From Escherichia coli (GTDB taxonomy: Bacteria > Pseudomonadota > Gammaproteobacteria > Enterobacterales > Enterobacteriaceae), in the NCBI RefSeq assembly GCF_024298765.1, contig NZ_CP101210.1: a stretch of 64,000 bases of DNA; one strand, 5' to 3'. The notes beneath the pieces are model-generated. The model ran no database searches, was not told the origin of the DNA, and saw only the letters and a list, made by a program, of their open reading frames with translations. This document shows, in pieces, positions 63,926-64,000 of the stretch. Both the position numbers and the translations under genes were made by a program. Position 1 is the stretch's first letter; each line of letters opens with the position of its first letter.

Positions 63926-64000
63926 GCGACTCCTCCGGCAAAACGTAAGTTTATCACTTGTGCGTTATAACGGACAAATGCTACGGTGCCTGTATGCTAT

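Overview
This window reads as an Escherichia coli chromosomal segment matching the K-12 gadC–ydcN interval in inverted orientation (gene order recalled from memory; no search was run). Most of it is conserved core genome: gadC, yddW, dosC-dosP, osmC, bdm, sra, maeA, adhP, yddM, fdnGHI (with a selenocysteine UGA in fdnG), yddG, narU-narZYWV, yddE, nhoA, yddH, pptA, then ansP, yncE, yncD, mcbR, curA, mnaT, ydcZ, ydcY, ortT, yncL, patD, ydcSTUV, ydcR, hicAB, yncJ, ydcP and ydcN. The accessory part lies between pptA and ansP (about 30.2–44.1 kb). It holds a secreted MBL-fold alkyl-sulfatase-like gene, a membrane GGEEF diguanylate cyclase, a truncated H-repeat (ISAs1-like) gene and a SymE-like type I toxin gene. 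Its core is a complete type VI secretion auxiliary module: VgrG, a DUF1795 (Eag) chaperone, a prePAAR/PAAR Rhs effector whose C-terminal toxin tip is separated from the core by a frameshift in a G7 homopolymer, and an overlapping immunity gene. Immediately upstream of vgrG sits an AT-rich, translationally coupled pair (a cysteine-free HExxH zincin-like protein plus a small lipoprotein), which I consider the best candidate for an uncharacterised effector/immunity module. An IS200 copy is inserted between yddM and fdnI, and the ddpXABCDF and yddJKL genes present in K-12 are absent. No tRNA, rRNA or CRISPR array was found.
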